This document shows positions 18,477 through 27,686 of a DNA stretch of 64,000 nt, one piece after another. Origin of the DNA: an uncultured Thermoplasmatales archaeon (GTDB taxonomy: Archaea > Thermoplasmatota > E2 > DHVEG-1). Every line of letters starts with the position of its first letter. The first letter of the stretch is position 1. A model generated the notes under the pieces. It had not been told where the DNA came from, made no database searches, and was given only the letters and a program-made list of their open reading frames with translations. The translations under genes and the position numbers were made by a program. The stretch covers positions 7,877 to 71,876 of the forward strand of contig CAYFVP010000126.1 of NCBI GenBank assembly GCA_964346655.1, read 5' to 3'.

Positions 18477-20558
18477 TTATCTTCCTATTTTGAGCTCTTC
18501 AACCATATTCTTTACAGTAGTAACAAATTTTGGACCATCTGCTGCTGAAAGCCACACATCCCAAATTTTACTTGTATCTATATTTTTTTTGCTCAAATTC
18601 TTCTTCAAACGTTCAAGTCTATCCCTACACCTGTAGTTTCCGGTAATATAATGGCATGTGGGAAATTCGCAGCCAGCTACCAACACACCCGCGACATTAA
18701 GGTTAAGTGCTCTTTCAATAAATGCAGCATCTACACGTCCAGCACACATTACTCTAATTATCTGTATATTTGTGGGATACTCAAATCTACTCACACCAGC
18801 GATATCAACTGCCCCAAGTGCACACCAGTGACAACAAAATGCTATGATTTTTTTATCAGGTAAACTCTCCAATGCTGCATCCACTTGCGCAAGTATTTGT
18901 TCATCGGTATAATGAATGATATTTATCGCATCTTTCGGACACTCTGCAGCACAAGTTCCACAACCTTTACATAATGCTTTGATAACATTTGGAGCCTGTT
19001 TCTTATCGACAAACTCGATAGCCCCATATGCACAAGTTTTTACACAGAGACCACATGAATTGCATAATTTTTTATTGATATCTGCAACTATTCCTTCGGC
19101 TTCAACATACCCTTTTTTCATCGGGATTCCTGCCCTCATTGCAGCTCCTAAAGATTCTTCGATGGTTTCCTTTATACTCTTGGGATTGCGGGCGCAGCCA
19201 CACAGATATATCCCATCCGAAGCAAAGTCAAGAGGCCTTAACTTGATATGGGCCTCCTGGAAGAATCTATCAGGACTTGCAGAGATCTTAAGTAATCCTT
19301 TAAGTTTCTCAACAGTTGAATCCCCTTGAAAACCAGTAGTTAACACAATCAGATCTGGGTTGATTTTAAACTCTTTATCAATTAAAATATCATGTGATTT
19401 TAATGTAAGTTTCTCATTTTTTTCATTTCCTATAACTTCCACTTGTTTATCATCAGGGTATCTAATAAGTTTGATATCGTATTTCCTGATCGCCTCTTTG
19501 AAATAGTTAACATTTTCTCCCCCAATATTTATATCTCTATAAAAAATATACACTTTTGTATCCTTATTTAGCTCTTTTATTGTCACAGCGTTTTTAATAG
19601 CTGCAAGACATCCAATGTTACAACATCCACGTTCCTCATTCCTAGAATTTACACAGTTAATTATAGCTACATTTTTGACTTTACCAAGAGTTTTTGACCT
19701 TAATTTTTCCTCAAGTTGTAATTGAGTAATAACATTAGGGTATTTTCCATACCCAATTAATCCAATAGGTTCTATTTCATTCATCCCAGTTGCAGCTATT
19801 ATTGTTGAAATTTCAAGCTCCTTTAAAGTTTTATTATCTTTTGATTTTCCGTTGTTTACCAATTTGACCTTATAATTTCCAATATATCCTTCTACATCAT
19901 CAAGCTCTGTATTAGTATGCACTTTAATATTGTCATGTTGAGTTATTTTATTAATATGGGCATCAACAATATCTTTGGCATCTTTATCAAAGGGGGCCAG
20001 GGTATCTAAGTTATTCAAAATTCCACCAAGCTTGCCTGTTTTTTCGATTAGTTCTACCTTAAATCCTTGATCTGCAACTGCCATAGCAGCGGTCATGCCT
20101 GCTAGACCGCCACCAATAATTAAACAATTTTTTCCGACTGAAATCCGAATATCTTCAGCAGGCTCAAGAAGAATAGCCTTTGCTACACCCATTTTTATAA
20201 GATTCTTTGCCTTCTCGGTTGCAAGCTTAGGATTATTTTTATGCACCCAGGAGCTTTGTTCTCTGATACTCACAAATTCTAATAAATACTGGTTCAAACC
20301 TGCTTCTTTAAGTGTTGATTTAAAGGTTGGTTCATGAGTTCGGGGTGTACAACAAGCTACAACAATTCTATTGAGTTTATGCTCTGCAATAATTTCTTTA
20401 ATTTTTGACAAGAAATCTACTGAGCATATCCATTTCCCTTCTTCAGCAATAGCTACGCCATCAAGGCGGCTAGCATACTTTACAACATCGGTGACATTTA
20501 CCACCCCTCCAATATTTGTTCCACAATGACATACAAAAACACCCACTCTTACCTTCAT
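18477..20558 (-). CDS. HdrA-like flavoprotein with C-terminally fused MvhD domain
   Basis: 693 aa; HdrA N-terminal-domain motif 'VGVFVCHCGTNIGG'; 'LIIGGGLAGMTAAMA' FAD motif; ferredoxin 'CNSCGLCVKTCAYG...CKGCGTCAAECP'; MvhD signature 'IIAFCCHWCALGAVDIAGVSRFEYPTNIQIIRVMCAGRVD'. Confidence 0.85.
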   Translation of the reverse strand: MKVRVGVFVCHCGTNIGGVVNVTDVVKYASRLDGVAIAEEGKWICSVDFLSKIKEIIAEHKLNRIVVACCTPRTHEPTFKSTLKEAGLNQYLLEFVSIREQSSWVHKNNPKLATEKAKNLIKMGVAKAILLEPAEDIRISVGKNCLIIGGGLAGMTAAMAVADQGFKVELIEKTGKLGGILNNLDTLAPFDKDAKDIVDAHINKITQHDNIKVHTNTELDDVEGYIGNYKVKLVNNGKSKDNKTLKELEISTIIAATGMNEIEPIGLIGYGKYPNVITQLQLEEKLRSKTLGKVKNVAIINCVNSRNEERGCCNIGCLAAIKNAVTIKELNKDTKVYIFYRDINIGGENVNYFKEAIRKYDIKLIRYPDDKQVEVIGNEKNEKLTLKSHDILIDKEFKINPDLIVLTTGFQGDSTVEKLKGLLKISASPDRFFQEAHIKLRPLDFASDGIYLCGCARNPKSIKETIEESLGAAMRAGIPMKKGYVEAEGIVADINKKLCNSCGLCVKTCAYGAIEFVDKKQAPNVIKALCKGCGTCAAECPKDAINIIHYTDEQILAQVDAALESLPDKKIIAFCCHWCALGAVDIAGVSRFEYPTNIQIIRVMCAGRVDAAFIERALNLNVAGVLVAGCEFPTCHYITGNYRCRDRLERLKKNLSKKNIDTSKIWDVWLSAADGPKFVTTVKNMVEELKIGR

Positions 20559-20559
20559 C

Positions 20560-21921
20560 TTAACTCCTCTGCAATGCTGCTTTCATGCTTGCTCCAATTG
20601 CTTGACTAACAGACTCAGAAATATCTAGTGGTCCTGTTGCACCTCCACAAACATATATCCTTCTTACATTTGTTTCAAATGGTGCATTTACTGGATCTTT
20701 CCCCTTAATAAACCCATACTCATCAAGCTCAACATTTAATATCTTGGATAATCTTTTATTGTATTTACAAGGAATTAGGCCTGCAGAGAGAACAAGGAGG
20801 TCAATTTCTAAATCTTTAACTTCACCTTTGTCTATATCTTCAAACCTTATCGTTAAATTCTTGGTTTCAGGAGACTCGAATACATCGGAAGGCTTACCCT
20901 TTATATAGCTAACACCTAGGCTCTTAGCTCTTCTATAAAACTTGTAAAAACCCTTTCCATAGGTCTGTAAATGATTATGGAAAACGTAGGCTTTCACATT
21001 GGATTCATGCTCCATAGTTACAATGGTCTGCTTTGTTGCAATCATGCAACAAACCTTTGAGCAGTAAGGTATAGGCCCAGGGGTGCTTACCCTTTTCTCA
21101 CGACCAACGCACTGCACCCATGCAATCCTTTTAGCATGAGCTCCATCTGATGGTCTAACTATTTCCCCTTGTGTTGGTCCGCCTGCGTTCATCAATCTTT
21201 CAAATTGAAGGTTTGTAATTACATTATCATAGATGCCATAACCATATAGACCATGGGGTGGCTCAAATGATTCAATACCAGAAGCTACAATTATGCTATT
21301 AACTTCAAGATCATACATCTCTTCCCTCTGCCAGAGCATTATAGCATCGCCACCTTCCTCCTTACATGCCTTGACGCATAGAGCTATTGGGCACTCACGA
21401 CATTGTATACAGTCAATAATACATCCGCCCACACATGCACCATCATCCTTCATTTTACCATAACGACAGTCAGGGTGAATAAGATAATAATTTGGCACAG
21501 CCTGAGGGAATGGAATATAGATTAACTTTCTAAGTCCACCGATCTTATTATCGATCTCATCGGGAACGCTGACAGGACATGCTTCGGTACATTTCCCACA
21601 GCCTTTACATTTCTCTTCGTCAATAAAACGAGGCTTTTTCACTATTCTAACCTTAAAAATACCAGCATTATCATTTACTCTTCGAATTTCGCAATTTGTC
21701 AATAAATGTATATTTGGATTTTTTTGAATATCATACATTTTTGGAGCTTCTATACAAATTGAACAATCGTTTGTTGGAAATGTTTTATCAAGTCTAGCCA
21801 TAAGTCCACCGATCGTAGGGAAATTATCAACCAAGTATACTCTAAAGTCATAATCAGCTAAATTCAACGCTGCTTCGATTCCGGCAATACCTCCCCCAAT
21901 TATTAAAACGGATTTAGACAT
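20560..21921 (-). CDS. Second HdrA-family FAD/Fe-S flavoprotein (lacks the N-terminal HdrA domain)
   Basis: 453 aa; 'VLIIGGGIAGIEAALNLAD', 'TFPTNDCSICI', 'CKGCGKCTEACP', C-terminal 'YVCGGATGP'. Confidence 0.8.
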   Translation of the reverse strand: MSKSVLIIGGGIAGIEAALNLADYDFRVYLVDNFPTIGGLMARLDKTFPTNDCSICIEAPKMYDIQKNPNIHLLTNCEIRRVNDNAGIFKVRIVKKPRFIDEEKCKGCGKCTEACPVSVPDEIDNKIGGLRKLIYIPFPQAVPNYYLIHPDCRYGKMKDDGACVGGCIIDCIQCRECPIALCVKACKEEGGDAIMLWQREEMYDLEVNSIIVASGIESFEPPHGLYGYGIYDNVITNLQFERLMNAGGPTQGEIVRPSDGAHAKRIAWVQCVGREKRVSTPGPIPYCSKVCCMIATKQTIVTMEHESNVKAYVFHNHLQTYGKGFYKFYRRAKSLGVSYIKGKPSDVFESPETKNLTIRFEDIDKGEVKDLEIDLLVLSAGLIPCKYNKRLSKILNVELDEYGFIKGKDPVNAPFETNVRRIYVCGGATGPLDISESVSQAIGASMKAALQRS

Positions 21922-21975
21922 TTTTAAACCTTTTTAACTGTTATAGGATAATAGTTAACATTTTGAGTTATAAAC

Positions 21976-23154
21976 CTAAATAATACCTTTCTTTTTTAGG
22001 TCGACTTCATCATATCCAAGGATACTGTAAATCTCTTTATTATGTTCACCGAATCTTGGAGGAAAGCATAAATCTGGCCTTTCTATTGGCTTTACTGGTG
22101 GAGGAGCAAGAATCACTTCCAGATTGGTTTTAGGATCTTTAGTGTATAGCAACTTTGAGCTAAGATAAGAATCCTCTAACACATCTTTAATCGTATTGAC
22201 CTCAGAAACAGGTATTTTTGCTTTCTTAAACATTTTAAGAATTTCTGATTTATGCTTTTTACTCGTTACAGAATTTATATCATCATTCAATTGATCACCA
22301 TGAGCTATTCTATCATTGTTTGTAAAATATTCTGATTTATTTAAAAATTCAAAATCTGGGAATTCTATCATACTTTTCCATTGAGCATCATTACCAACAG
22401 CAATTGAAATATAACCTTCCATAGTCTTATACACCCCAACTGGTGAAAAGTTAGGGTGGAAATTGCCGGTTTTTGGTATATTTATTCCTAGACTAACTAA
22501 TGGTATTTGTAGAGTTAAAAGAGACATGGCACAATCAAGCATTGAGATGTCGATTCTTTTACCCTTTCCGGTCTTTTCTCGGAGATATAAAGCCTTCATA
22601 ATCTCACTATAAGCTTGGTTACCCGCCTCAATATCAACAATAGAAACACCAAACCTTAATGGTGGTGTGTTTGGTTCTCCATTTACGTCCATAATCCCAG
22701 AATAGGCTTGAATCATAGGATCATAAGCAGGTTCAGATCGTTCAGGTCCAAAACCTGAAATTTCAACCCAAATTATATCACTTTTAATAGAGCTTATCTT
22801 TTCATAATCAATCCCTAATCTTTTGTAGTTTTCAGGTTTTTGACTGCATGCAAATATATCTACATCTAATTTATCAATAAGCTCACAAAGGATTTCTTGA
22901 CCTTTGGGGGTACCAAGATTTAAAGATATCCCTTTTTTACCTGCATTTACAGACATAAAATATGCATTCATACCTTCTTCGTCTATTACCTTTTTACCAA
23001 CCAAGCGGTTAGGATCACCCCATAATGATTCTATTCTGATTACATCTGCTCCTTCCACTGCTAATCTCCAAGTGCAATAAGGTAAAGCTGCTGCCTGCTC
23101 AACACTTAATACCCTTACATCTTTTAAAAAACTATTCGAATCTAATGTCATCAT
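21976..23154 (-). CDS. Family III CoA-transferase (CaiB/BaiF/Frc family)
   Basis: 392 aa; N-terminal 'VRVLSVEQAAALPYCTWRLAVEGADVIRIE' characteristic of family III. Confidence 0.85.
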   Translation of the reverse strand: MMTLDSNSFLKDVRVLSVEQAAALPYCTWRLAVEGADVIRIESLWGDPNRLVGKKVIDEEGMNAYFMSVNAGKKGISLNLGTPKGQEILCELIDKLDVDIFACSQKPENYKRLGIDYEKISSIKSDIIWVEISGFGPERSEPAYDPMIQAYSGIMDVNGEPNTPPLRFGVSIVDIEAGNQAYSEIMKALYLREKTGKGKRIDISMLDCAMSLLTLQIPLVSLGINIPKTGNFHPNFSPVGVYKTMEGYISIAVGNDAQWKSMIEFPDFEFLNKSEYFTNNDRIAHGDQLNDDINSVTSKKHKSEILKMFKKAKIPVSEVNTIKDVLEDSYLSSKLLYTKDPKTNLEVILAPPPVKPIERPDLCFPPRFGEHNKEIYSILGYDEVDLKKKGII

Positions 23155-23420
23155 CCACCTCCAGCTATATGAGAAATCAGAATCTCATCACCGGGATTTA
23201 GAATGTATGATGTTTCTTTTACTTCGGAGTTGACTGTGATTAAAGCACTCCTATGACCTAAATCTTCTCCGACGGCTTTCTTAAATTTCCTACCATATTT
23301 TAAATAAAGCATATCCATCAAATCTTGAAGAGTCATACCTTCGTTTATGGGAAATACTTCCTTTCTTTTCTGAGTTATCTGTGAAAAAACCATAAGATAC
23401 TTAACAGTAACATGTGTCAT
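23151..23420 (-). CDS. MoaD/ThiS-like ubiquitin-fold protein (C-terminal GG)
   Basis: 89 aa ending '...ISHIAGGG'; MoaD-like genes accompany AOR genes in described aor operons. Confidence 0.55.
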   Translation of the reverse strand: MTHVTVKYLMVFSQITQKRKEVFPINEGMTLQDLMDMLYLKYGRKFKKAVGEDLGHRSALITVNSEVKETSYILNPGDEILISHIAGGG

Positions 23421-23644
23421 TTCTTTCGCCTGCCAGAATTTTGAGTTTTCAAAATGGCTTTTCTAACAAAAGAAAAAGAGCATTTACCTCGGCTTATTTG
23501 CAAACCCGCGCATTTATAACAAATACCTCTATTAAAATCAAAGTGATCTCTGCATGTTGGTTTTTTACATTTATTACAGATATAAGCTCTTACGCCTGTA
23601 TGTGACAAATCAATTCTTCTTTTGCATGAACTGCATCTTGGCAT
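23417..23644 (-). CDS. Small zinc-finger protein (AN1-like Cys/His spacing)
   Basis: 75 aa; 'CSSCKRRID...CNKCKKPTCRDHFDFNRGICYKCAG'. Confidence 0.45.
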   Translation of the reverse strand: MPRCSSCKRRIDLSHTGVRAYICNKCKKPTCRDHFDFNRGICYKCAGLQISRGKCSFSFVRKAILKTQNSGRRKK

Positions 23645-23659
23645 GGAAATACCTATATT

Positions 23660-25639
23660 TTATTTTACTAGTTCTTTTTTATTCAAATTATCTAATACAT
23701 CCAACATATCCAACTTAATAAGCTCACTTCTTTTAATAAGGCCAGTTTTTATATCCCATCCCCTGCTGTTATAATATTCATCAAGCATCTTTTCCAATTG
23801 TTTCTGTGCAAAGATTTGACCCTTTCCAGGACCCTTTGGAAGGGGTTCTGAAAACTTTTTGGGAAGGCTATCGTCCTTCCTCCGTATACCAAACCTGGTA
23901 TTCAAAGCTCTTTCAATGTTTACGATTCTATGTCCAATATGTAATAATTTATTATAATCTATTTTCATACCTGTTGCTGCGCTAATCCAATCATGATATT
24001 TTATGGAATTTATCTCCTCTTTTTTATGTAATTTTCCTAATAGCTCTGGAATAGGATACTGAGCATAATATGAAGCATGCATAAATCTACAACTCCCTAT
24101 TGAATCGGTAATTGCAGCTAAATTTTCATGCCATAGAACCATGTTAACCTTTCCGTCATAACTCATAAGATCACATGCTCCTTCAGATCCAAACAATTCT
24201 TTACCGATTTCTGGAGGCATCTTAATCATCTCAAAAACAACATGCGTTCTAAGATGATCTGAACCACGACTAGAAATAGCATAAGTGAAGCCAAAGCCTT
24301 TTGCAACTCTTGGATCACAGGCTATCGTATCCAAACCCTTAATTGATGTTGTGTAATCAACTGCATTTTTTCCTATCTTTAATGCAGCTTTATAGGATCC
24401 AAGAGCTCCAAGAGCACCCAATTTATCCTGTTTATTTGCAATCCTATGTACCATCTCCACCATTGCATCAGCGTTACCAAACCTTAAATCTAATTTATCA
24501 ACATCTTCTATTATCCCTTCCTCTATAAGTTCCATAAACGTTGCTATTGTGTTTCCGCATGATATACAGTCCATACCATAGTCATTTGATAGTGCATAGG
24601 CATGAAAAACAGCTTCTAAATCTGAAATACCGCATTTGGAACCTAAAGCAGCAATACCTTCATATTCTATGTTTCCTCTTGTTCCAGCATATTTTCCTGA
24701 TTCGATTCGTCCAAATCTTTTGCACCTATTTGGGCATGACATACAGGCACGTCCTCCAGGTATTGGACTCGAACGCGTAGAGTATTTGTCTCGGAATTCT
24801 TCACCTGATATTGAGTCGGCTCCTTCAAAGGTGCTCTCTCTAAAATTTCTAGTCGGAAGCCATCCTTGTGCATTACCCCAATTAACACATATTGGTGTTC
24901 CAAGTGCCTGATGCTCTCCAGCAAGAAAACCAGGATCATTTAATATTCCTAACCACCCATCTTGCACAATTTCTAAATATCTTTCAGGATCTGCAACTTT
25001 AAGTTCACCTGAACCACTAACTGTAATAGCTTTTAGATTCTTTGAAGCCATTACTGTACCTGTTCCAGTTCGACCTGCAGCATCCCACAAATTAAATATT
25101 ATTGAACAGAAAAGCACACCGTTTTCTGCAGCAGGTCCGATAGCAGCAACTTTCGTATCATATCCTCTTTGTTCCTCCTGAAGGGCCAAGGTTGTTTCAA
25201 AAATTCCTTCTCCCCATAAATGATTTGCATCTTTAAGCTCAATATGTTTATCCTCTATGCATAAAAAAACTGGTTTTGGGGCTCTGCCCTTGATAATAAT
25301 ATTATCATAACCGGCATATTTGAGTTCAGAACCCCAGTCTGAACCAACATTTGAGTTTCCATAGATGTCTGTTAATGGTGATTTTGTCGCTACATTTACA
25401 CGACCCGTAGTTGGACCCAATAGGCCAGTAATTGGTCCAGTGGAAATGCATAAAACATTATCACCATGTAAAGGGTTTATATTTGGTTTAACCTCATCAA
25501 AAAGAATCTTTGCATCAGCACCTCGTCCACCTAAATATTTCTCGATCCGCTGTTTAGACTGTGTTTCTTTTATTATTTTACCTCTTGTTAAGTCAACCCT
25601 CAATGTCTTACCTGCATAACCACAATAGTCGAAAGTCAC
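23660..25639 (-). CDS. Tungsten-type aldehyde:ferredoxin oxidoreductase (AOR family)
   Basis: 659 aa; AOR N-terminal 'YAGKTLRVDLTRGKI...EKYLGGRGADAKILFDEV' and family-wide similarity. Confidence 0.9.
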   Translation of the reverse strand: MTFDYCGYAGKTLRVDLTRGKIIKETQSKQRIEKYLGGRGADAKILFDEVKPNINPLHGDNVLCISTGPITGLLGPTTGRVNVATKSPLTDIYGNSNVGSDWGSELKYAGYDNIIIKGRAPKPVFLCIEDKHIELKDANHLWGEGIFETTLALQEEQRGYDTKVAAIGPAAENGVLFCSIIFNLWDAAGRTGTGTVMASKNLKAITVSGSGELKVADPERYLEIVQDGWLGILNDPGFLAGEHQALGTPICVNWGNAQGWLPTRNFRESTFEGADSISGEEFRDKYSTRSSPIPGGRACMSCPNRCKRFGRIESGKYAGTRGNIEYEGIAALGSKCGISDLEAVFHAYALSNDYGMDCISCGNTIATFMELIEEGIIEDVDKLDLRFGNADAMVEMVHRIANKQDKLGALGALGSYKAALKIGKNAVDYTTSIKGLDTIACDPRVAKGFGFTYAISSRGSDHLRTHVVFEMIKMPPEIGKELFGSEGACDLMSYDGKVNMVLWHENLAAITDSIGSCRFMHASYYAQYPIPELLGKLHKKEEINSIKYHDWISAATGMKIDYNKLLHIGHRIVNIERALNTRFGIRRKDDSLPKKFSEPLPKGPGKGQIFAQKQLEKMLDEYYNSRGWDIKTGLIKRSELIKLDMLDVLDNLNKKELVK

Positions 25640-26178
25640 TTTTTATTTCCTCCTACAGTGGCGATAGAACGAGTTGATTTAGGGAGGTTCAATAAAAAGT
25701 GTTGGATTCTATTTGCACTTTTACGCCTTGAAAAATCTTCAATTTCTTGGTGATACTCAATTCCACCAGTTACACACCATTTTACACATTCCGGTGCTCC
25801 ATCGCATAAATCGCATTTATAGAATATCTGACGATTTTCATTATAATGGATGGCGCCAAAGGGACAGATTACCATACATTGTTTACATCCGATACAAAAA
25901 TCTGGGTTGAGTATTATCGCGTTAGTTTCACTGTTCCTTCTTAACGCTCTTGTTGGACATGCAGTGATACAAGGGGCATGTTCACATTGTTCACACCCAA
26001 TAGGGATATCAAGTCCTTCTTCATCAATACGAACTATTTTGATCCTTGATTTCGATGGGGCAAAAACACCTTCCTTATGAAAGCTGCAAGCCAATTCACA
26101 AGCTCTACAACCAGTGCAATTCTCATAGTTGAAAATAAGTTTTCCCATTGTTAAATTCAACCGCCCCATGGTAACCAT
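25636..26178 (-). CDS. Polyferredoxin (AorA-like, ~4 [4Fe-4S]) electron-transfer subunit
   Basis: 180 aa; four CxxCxxCxxxCP-type motifs. Confidence 0.8.
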   Translation of the reverse strand: MVTMGRLNLTMGKLIFNYENCTGCRACELACSFHKEGVFAPSKSRIKIVRIDEEGLDIPIGCEQCEHAPCITACPTRALRRNSETNAIILNPDFCIGCKQCMVICPFGAIHYNENRQIFYKCDLCDGAPECVKWCVTGGIEYHQEIEDFSRRKSANRIQHFLLNLPKSTRSIATVGGNKK

Positions 26179-26412
26179 GAGATATTGTAAAACTCATTTA
26201 TGCTGGAAGGGTTATTTAATGATATCGTATGGATAGAATTAGTCTGTGTAAATCCATTACTTTGTCAGCATTAATACTACAATGTGAAATTTTTGACTCA
26301 ATAAATCTTCAAAGGAGTCATTTTCATAATTTCAAGATAAAAGGACCAATCATATCTGTATATTAACAAATACAAATTATTTTTATATGAATAATAGCAT
26401 TAGAAAGATCAT
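26179..26412. promoter_or_regulatory. Divergent promoter region (AOR operon leftwards, flavoprotein gene rightwards)
   Basis: AT-rich; 'tttttatatg' TATA-like ~30 nt upstream of the 26413 ATG, no SD (possible leaderless start). Confidence 0.3.
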
Positions 26413-27663
26413 ATGAATGTTCTGGTTCTAGGTGCAGGTGGAGCAGGGATAAGTGCAGTTCAAGCAATAAGAAAGGTGAATAGTAAGATAAAAATAAATT
26501 TGGTATCAAAAGAAGAATGCATGCCATATTCACTCTGTGGACTGCCCGATTTTTTATCTGGAAAAATCTCAATAAAAGTTCTAAACCGTTTAGATGCTGA
26601 TTTCTTAGTTAATAATGAAATCAATTTAATATCTGGGAGAGAGGCTATAAAAGTGGATACTACAAGGAAAATTGTACATTTTAAGAGTAATTTTACAAAC
26701 GAAGAAAATGAGATGCTTGAATTCGACAAACTCTTGATTGCTGTTGGTTCAAAACCAATTGTTCCCTCTATTTTCGGATTAAATAAAAAACAAGTATACA
26801 TTGTTTCGAATTTGGAAAGCTGTAAAAGTATTATAAAAGGATTAAAAAAAGCTACAAAAATTGCAGTTATTGGTGGTGGATTCATAGGTATTGAATGTGC
26901 TCAGGCTCTGAAACAAAGGAAAAAGGAAGTCTTTGTTATCGAAAGTCTTGATCGTATTCTTGCAAATATATTTGATAAGGAGATATCAACTGTCGCCCAA
27001 GAGATGCTAGAGAGGCTAGGTATTAATTTTATTCTGGGAAATCAGGTCAGGGGAATAATTGGGAATAACGTAGTTAAGGGCCTTGAACTTACAAATGGAA
27101 CAATAGATTGTAATATGGTACTCTTGACTGTTGGTGTTAGACCAAATATAGATATTGTTAAAGATACAACAATTAGATTTAACCAGGGTATAATTGTAAA
27201 TGAATTCATGGAATCAAACGTTAAAGATATCTTTGCTGCTGGCGATGTCGCTGAATCCTTTGATTGTATTTTTGGAGAACCTGGTTTAAAAGCAACGTGG
27301 TCAAATGCTGTAGAACAAGGATATGTGGCAGGACTGAATATTGCTGGGAAAAGGTGTAAATATCTTGGTTTTCAGTCATACAATGTCATCCATATCGATG
27401 ATGTACCATTCTTAAGCATGGGCAATGTAACCAATTTGCCTAAAAACTGTTCAGAATTGATGTCGAAAAGTATAGACTCTACACGAAAAGTGTTTATTCA
27501 AAATGATAGAATTTTGGGTATTGAGTTCTATGGTGATCTGACAAACTCTGGACTTCTATTTTCTCTAATAAATAAGGGATCCGATATAAAACGATATAAT
27601 AAGAAGATCCTCTCAAACTACTTTCAATACCGTTGGAATAAAAATGTGAAGATAAAAATGTGA
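26413..27663 (+). CDS. FAD-dependent pyridine nucleotide-disulfide oxidoreductase (NADH oxidase / CoA-disulfide reductase family)
   Basis: 416 aa; 'VLVLGAGGAGISA' and 'IAVIGGGFIGIECA' dinucleotide motifs; single Cys in 'PYSLCGLP' like Nox/CoADR Cys42. Confidence 0.8.
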   Translation: MNVLVLGAGGAGISAVQAIRKVNSKIKINLVSKEECMPYSLCGLPDFLSGKISIKVLNRLDADFLVNNEINLISGREAIKVDTTRKIVHFKSNFTNEENEMLEFDKLLIAVGSKPIVPSIFGLNKKQVYIVSNLESCKSIIKGLKKATKIAVIGGGFIGIECAQALKQRKKEVFVIESLDRILANIFDKEISTVAQEMLERLGINFILGNQVRGIIGNNVVKGLELTNGTIDCNMVLLTVGVRPNIDIVKDTTIRFNQGIIVNEFMESNVKDIFAAGDVAESFDCIFGEPGLKATWSNAVEQGYVAGLNIAGKRCKYLGFQSYNVIHIDDVPFLSMGNVTNLPKNCSELMSKSIDSTRKVFIQNDRILGIEFYGDLTNSGLLFSLINKGSDIKRYNKKILSNYFQYRWNKNVKIKM

Positions 27664-27686
27664 TGAATTATAAGAGGAGTTTTGCC

